Shown here one piece after another: positions 51,538-54,912 of a stretch of 54,912 bases of DNA. The translations under genes were made by a program, and so were the position numbers. Origin of the DNA: Thermoplasmatota archaeon (GTDB lineage: Archaea > Thermoplasmatota > Poseidoniia > Poseidoniales > Poseidoniaceae); NCBI GenBank assembly GCA_036160375.1, contig JAYYDY010000031.1, positions 1 through 54,912 on the forward strand. The letters are read 5' to 3'. Below the pieces are notes generated by a model. That model was given only the letters and a program-made list of their open reading frames with translations. It was not told the origin of the DNA and made no database searches. Each line of letters starts with the position of its first letter. Position 1 is the stretch's first letter.

Positions 51538-53478
51538 GTGGCATGGAAGACATTGAGGCGGTGGATGAACCACCTCGAAGAGCAGGGTGAACTGCTCCGT
51601 ATCGACCGCCCGGTCGATGTTGTCTACGAGGCGGGAGCCATCGCTGATTTGCTGGTCAAAAACGACGGGCCAGCCGTGTTGTTCGAACAGCCCCGTCTGG
51701 CAGACGGGTCGATTTCGTCCATTCCACTGTTGATGAACGCCTTCGGCAGCCACGACCGCACGCTCAGGGCGTTGGGCGCCAGCCACGAAACGGAGATCGG
51801 CGACCGCATGGTGGCGATGATGAAGCCCGACATCGGCCTCTACATGCGCAAGCCATGGAAGGGCCTGCCATTGCTGCGGGATGCACTGGCCATGCCGCCC
51901 AAGAAAGTCCGAAAGGGCAAGGGCCAGCGCGTTCGCCTGCCCAACGATTTGACCAAACTCCCTATTCCGAAGACGTGGCCCATGGACGGCGGCCACTTCG
52001 TCACGTTGCCCTTGGTGGTCACCAAAGACTCGGATGGTGAGCACAACCTTGGCATGTACCGCGCTCAAGTCCACAACGAAACGGAGCTCGGTTTGCACTG
52101 GCAGATTCACAAGCACGGAGCAGAGCACGCTGCGAAGGGCGAACGCATGCCCGTGGCCGTTTGCATTGGTGGGCCGCCCGAACTGATTTTTTCCGCCATC
52201 TCGCCGCTGCCCGACAATCTTTCTGAGTACCAGTTTGCCGGCATTCTGGGACAGAAATCGCTCCCGATCACGAAGGCATTGACCCAAGACCTCTGGGTGC
52301 CGGCTGAGGCCGACATCATCATCGAAGGCTACTGCGACCCGACCGAAACCAAGCTGGAGGGTCCGTTCGGCGACCACTACGGTTTCTATTCGTTGACAGG
52401 GCAGTACCCCGTCCTTCACGTCACCGCCATCACCTGCCGCTCTGACGCCATCCTCCCGGCCACCATCGTCGGTTTGCCGCCCATGGAAGACGGCTACCTC
52501 GGTGAGGCCATCGGCCGCCAGTTCTCGCCTGTGCTGCAATTCCAGCATCGGGACGTGAGGAGCGTCCACCTTCCGTTGGAAACAGGGTTCCACAACCTCG
52601 CCATCGTTTCCTCCAAACAGCGCTATCCACGTCAGGGTCGAAAGACCGCCTTGGGGTTGCTCGGGGCGGGTCAGATGATGTTCCTCAAGGTCATCGCTGC
52701 CATTGACCCCGATCAGAACCCGAAAGACCTGGAAGCCTTCCTTGATGCGCTCAACGATAAGGTGGAGATCAGTCAGGACATCGTGGTGCTCCCCGGCATG
52801 GTAGCCGACGCTCTGGAGGCTGCCTCGCCCTTTGAGAACGTGCACGACAAACTCCTCATCGATGCGACGTCCATCGTGTCAACCGACCCTCGGTCACCCG
52901 ATGAACCGCTGGAGGGTTCCTACAATCAGCCCACGCCCGAGTGGCGACAGCGTGGCGAGGCTTCGCCGCCGTTTGAGGGACTTGAATCGGTTGAGGCCCT
53001 CGATGGCGTCCGCCAAGCCCGAATGCTTCGTCCCAACATGCTGGTGGTGTCCACCAACATCGAGGGCACGCCAAGCCCGCGGACGGGTGATCACGACGGC
53101 AACGACGACCTTGAGGCCCAACGAATTGAGAAGATTTCTCAATTACGAAATTCAATTTGGCAGTTGGATGTTGAAAAGAATCTTCGCTGGCTGTTCATCA
53201 CCAACGACGACCTTGACATGACGCACACGAAAGCCCGACGCCGGTTGCTGTGGCAGTTGACGGCCCGGTTCGATGTCGGCCGAGGCTTGACCTTTGACGA
53301 GGGCCGAGACCGCCTGTGCTGGGACGCCACCACGCCGATTCCCTCGCAGGAGCACGGTGTTCGCCGTTGGCCTGCGGTCACGCTCCATGACGAGGAAACG
53401 CTGGCCAAGGTCGCCTCCCATCCCGAACTCAAGAAATACGAATGGCCGCCCCATCTTTCCTTCGGGGGCCCCGAGTGA
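51538..53478 (+). CDS. ubiD: UbiD-family (prFMN-dependent) aromatic decarboxylase with ~100-aa C-terminal-region insertion
   Basis: LRRWMNHLEEQGELLRIDRPVD (typical N-terminus), HWQIHKHGA, GGPPELIF, EGPFGDHYGFY. GTG start. 646 aa, whereas I recall ~490 aa as typical. Extra sequence sits between LIDATS and LRWLFITNDDLDM. Confidence 0.88.
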   Translation: MAWKTLRRWMNHLEEQGELLRIDRPVDVVYEAGAIADLLVKNDGPAVLFEQPRLADGSISSIPLLMNAFGSHDRTLRALGASHETEIGDRMVAMMKPDIGLYMRKPWKGLPLLRDALAMPPKKVRKGKGQRVRLPNDLTKLPIPKTWPMDGGHFVTLPLVVTKDSDGEHNLGMYRAQVHNETELGLHWQIHKHGAEHAAKGERMPVAVCIGGPPELIFSAISPLPDNLSEYQFAGILGQKSLPITKALTQDLWVPAEADIIIEGYCDPTETKLEGPFGDHYGFYSLTGQYPVLHVTAITCRSDAILPATIVGLPPMEDGYLGEAIGRQFSPVLQFQHRDVRSVHLPLETGFHNLAIVSSKQRYPRQGRKTALGLLGAGQMMFLKVIAAIDPDQNPKDLEAFLDALNDKVEISQDIVVLPGMVADALEAASPFENVHDKLLIDATSIVSTDPRSPDEPLEGSYNQPTPEWRQRGEASPPFEGLESVEALDGVRQARMLRPNMLVVSTNIEGTPSPRTGDHDGNDDLEAQRIEKISQLRNSIWQLDVEKNLRWLFITNDDLDMTHTKARRRLLWQLTARFDVGRGLTFDEGRDRLCWDATTPIPSQEHGVRRWPAVTLHDEETLAKVASHPELKKYEWPPHLSFGGPE

Positions 53479-54389
53479 TGGATGTCAAGCAGGTCTTGTC
53501 CTTCATCAAAATCGAACACACGTTGTTCTCTCTCCCCTTCGTTCTCATGGGGTACCTGATCGCCGTACACCAGTTTGGCGCTGGGAGCGATGTTGACCTC
53601 CTCTGGATTTTGCTGGCGGCGGTTGGGGCCCGTGGACTCGCCATGGCGCTCAACCGAATCATCGACCGCGACATTGACGCCGCCAACCCTCGCACGAAGG
53701 GGCGCCACCTCGCATCCGGTAGCATGAGCATGCGGGCGGCTTGGGCCCTTGCAGCCGTGTTCCTGACCATGCTGCTCATCAGCGCCGGCCTACTGAACAG
53801 GGTTGCCCTGATGATGGCTTGGCTGCCCGTCCTGACCTTCGTGATCTATCCGTACATGAAGCGCTTTACCTGGGGTTGCCACTTCTGGCTGGGGCTTTGC
53901 CTCGGCCTTGCTCCTGCCGGGGCTTGGGTCGCCATCGCTGCTGATGTGCATGGTTGGGGCGCCATCACCGGCTTGTTGCCGGGGCGAACCGAGTTCCTCT
54001 GGGCGCCCACCATCCTCCCGATCTCCATTGGCGTTGCGTTGTGGATTGCCGCCTTTGACATCAACTATGCTCGCATGGACGTGGAGAGCGACCGGGAGCA
54101 AGGCATCCATTCCTTCCCGTCGAAGTTCGGTGAGAAGGCCACCACGCGCACGACGGTGCAACTCTCGCTCCTCTGGTTTGCCTGCTTCGCCATCGCTGAT
54201 CCGGTGTACGGTATCTGGTTCCTCGCTGCTGCAGCCGTGATGGCGCTGGCCAACATCGTGGTTGTGCTTCGAATGAAACGCTTTGCCGATTTCCAAACGG
54301 TGCTCTTCCGGGTGTCGATGCTCACCGGGTGGGTGTTGCTGGCTTCGCTGGTGTTCGGTCTCTCGGTTGACCCGAGGTTTGAAGAATGA
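53478..54389 (+). CDS. ubiA: UbiA-family aromatic prenyltransferase (4-hydroxybenzoate polyprenyltransferase-like)
   Basis: Trimmed to ATG 53478, which shares one base with the ubiD TGA (53476-53478). NRIIDRDIDAANPRTKGRHLASG is the first Asp-rich UbiA motif, and DINYARMDVESDRE the second. Confidence 0.88.
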   Translation: MDVKQVLSFIKIEHTLFSLPFVLMGYLIAVHQFGAGSDVDLLWILLAAVGARGLAMALNRIIDRDIDAANPRTKGRHLASGSMSMRAAWALAAVFLTMLLISAGLLNRVALMMAWLPVLTFVIYPYMKRFTWGCHFWLGLCLGLAPAGAWVAIAADVHGWGAITGLLPGRTEFLWAPTILPISIGVALWIAAFDINYARMDVESDREQGIHSFPSKFGEKATTRTTVQLSLLWFACFAIADPVYGIWFLAAAAVMALANIVVVLRMKRFADFQTVLFRVSMLTGWVLLASLVFGLSVDPRFEE

Positions 54390-54486
54390 CGTCGGTAGAC
54401 GAGCACAGTGCCTGATTGATGCATCCGTTCTCCACCTCGAAATCAAGGTGGTGAAGGTTCTTGAGCCGACTTGAGAAACACGACCC

Positions 54487-54873
54487 ATGAACCCCATGGT
54501 CGCTTCACTGCTTGAATTCAACCAAGCCTTTGAGATTCCCAAACTCGATGCGCCAGGCCTCGGACCTGACGAACTCATTGAACTGCGCATCAAACTCTTG
54601 ACAGAAGAAGTGCAGGAATACGCCGAGGCCGCTCGTGCAGGCGATTTGGTCGAGGTGTTGGATGCCCTCGCTGACATTGGCTACATCCTCGCCGGGACCA
54701 TCATCAACCACGGCATGCAGGGCATTTACGACGATGCGTTCAATGAGGTTCATCGCTCCAACATGGCCAAACTCGTGAACGGCAAGGTCCTGCGTCGTGA
54801 GGACGGCAAGGTCCTGAAGCCTGATGGCTGGCAGCCCCCGCAGCTGGCGCAATTCCTTCCGGACGATGCGTAA
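54487..54873 (+). CDS. MazG-like / PRA-PH-like nucleoside triphosphate pyrophosphohydrolase family protein
   Basis: LRIKLLTEEVQEYAEA...LVEVLDALADIGYILAGT...AFNEVHRSNMAKL...REDGKVLKPDGWQPP matches the all-alpha NTP-PPase pattern (EE..E ... D.l.D..yv..G ... V..sNmsK ... dGK..Kp.gw). Confidence 0.7.
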   Translation: MNPMVASLLEFNQAFEIPKLDAPGLGPDELIELRIKLLTEEVQEYAEAARAGDLVEVLDALADIGYILAGTIINHGMQGIYDDAFNEVHRSNMAKLVNGKVLRREDGKVLKPDGWQPPQLAQFLPDDA

Positions 54874-54912
54874 ACGCGCTCACATGGTTTCATGAACAAT
54901 GAAGCCCACCCC

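Noticed and set aside
50191-52845. An 884-aa track ORF that looks like a large fusion protein.
   Set aside because: Only the last 406 codons (from ATG 51411, MYDVVVIGAGPGG...) encode the geranylgeranyl reductase. The upstream 478 codons are antisense to ubiD and cross the divergent promoter region.
1-54912. Scan for CRISPR arrays, rRNA, IS elements, long direct or inverted repeats and additional tRNAs (a second T-loop-like ggttcaaaacc at ~51505).
   Set aside because: No regularly spaced repeats and no transposase/integrase-like ORFs were seen. The 51505 sequence lacks acceptor and anticodon stems. This was an eye scan only, so short or degenerate repeats could have been missed.

Overview
GC-rich (about 60% by eye), very gene-dense archaeal chromosomal segment. 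I call 46 protein-coding genes and one tRNA. I see no rRNA, CRISPR array, transposase, integrase or clear pseudogene. Archaeal identity is supported directly by aEF-1alpha + S10, S8e + SRP19, a family-B DNA polymerase, a GINS-like subunit, a geranylgeranyl (archaeal lipid) reductase, and A/T-rich TATA-like boxes 20-45 nt upstream of start codons. The acidic proteome, a 2117-aa sequon-rich surface protein, PKD/cupredoxin exoproteins and amino-acid catabolism genes (BCAT, methylcrotonyl-CoA carboxylase cluster) fit a marine planktonic heterotrophic euryarchaeote (Poseidoniales / Marine Group II-like); that placement is inference only. Because of the high GC, nearly every real gene is mirrored by long Arg/Gly/His-rich antisense ORFs. 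I chose frames by recognisable family motifs, acidic composition, signal/TM logic and start-stop coupling, and trimmed many track ORFs to internal starts checked base by base. All family names come from motif recall, not searches. Most of the window is housekeeping. Items worth a second look: (1) a presenilin/SPP-type intramembrane aspartyl protease with a ~380-aa extracellular insertion (29593-31830); (2) two SAP-motif proteins, one membrane-anchored with a polyacidic tether (2432-4699) and one fused to an FKBP isomerase (46698-47537); (3) a tRNA-Leu-flanked module of a GIDE-like polytopic protein, an SPFH/band-7 protein and a ribbon-helix-helix protein, with a GTGAT-repeat operator candidate (24621-27712); (4) a tightly coupled minus-strand operon of RND exporter, W-rich membrane protein, TlpA-like thioredoxin lipoprotein and DUF4281/ABA4-like protein, followed by a glycosyltransferase and small membrane proteins (33161-39726); (5) the giant surface glycoprotein and its hairpin-containing leader (18014-24410). 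None of these can be called a new system from sequence alone; each entry gives a decisive test.
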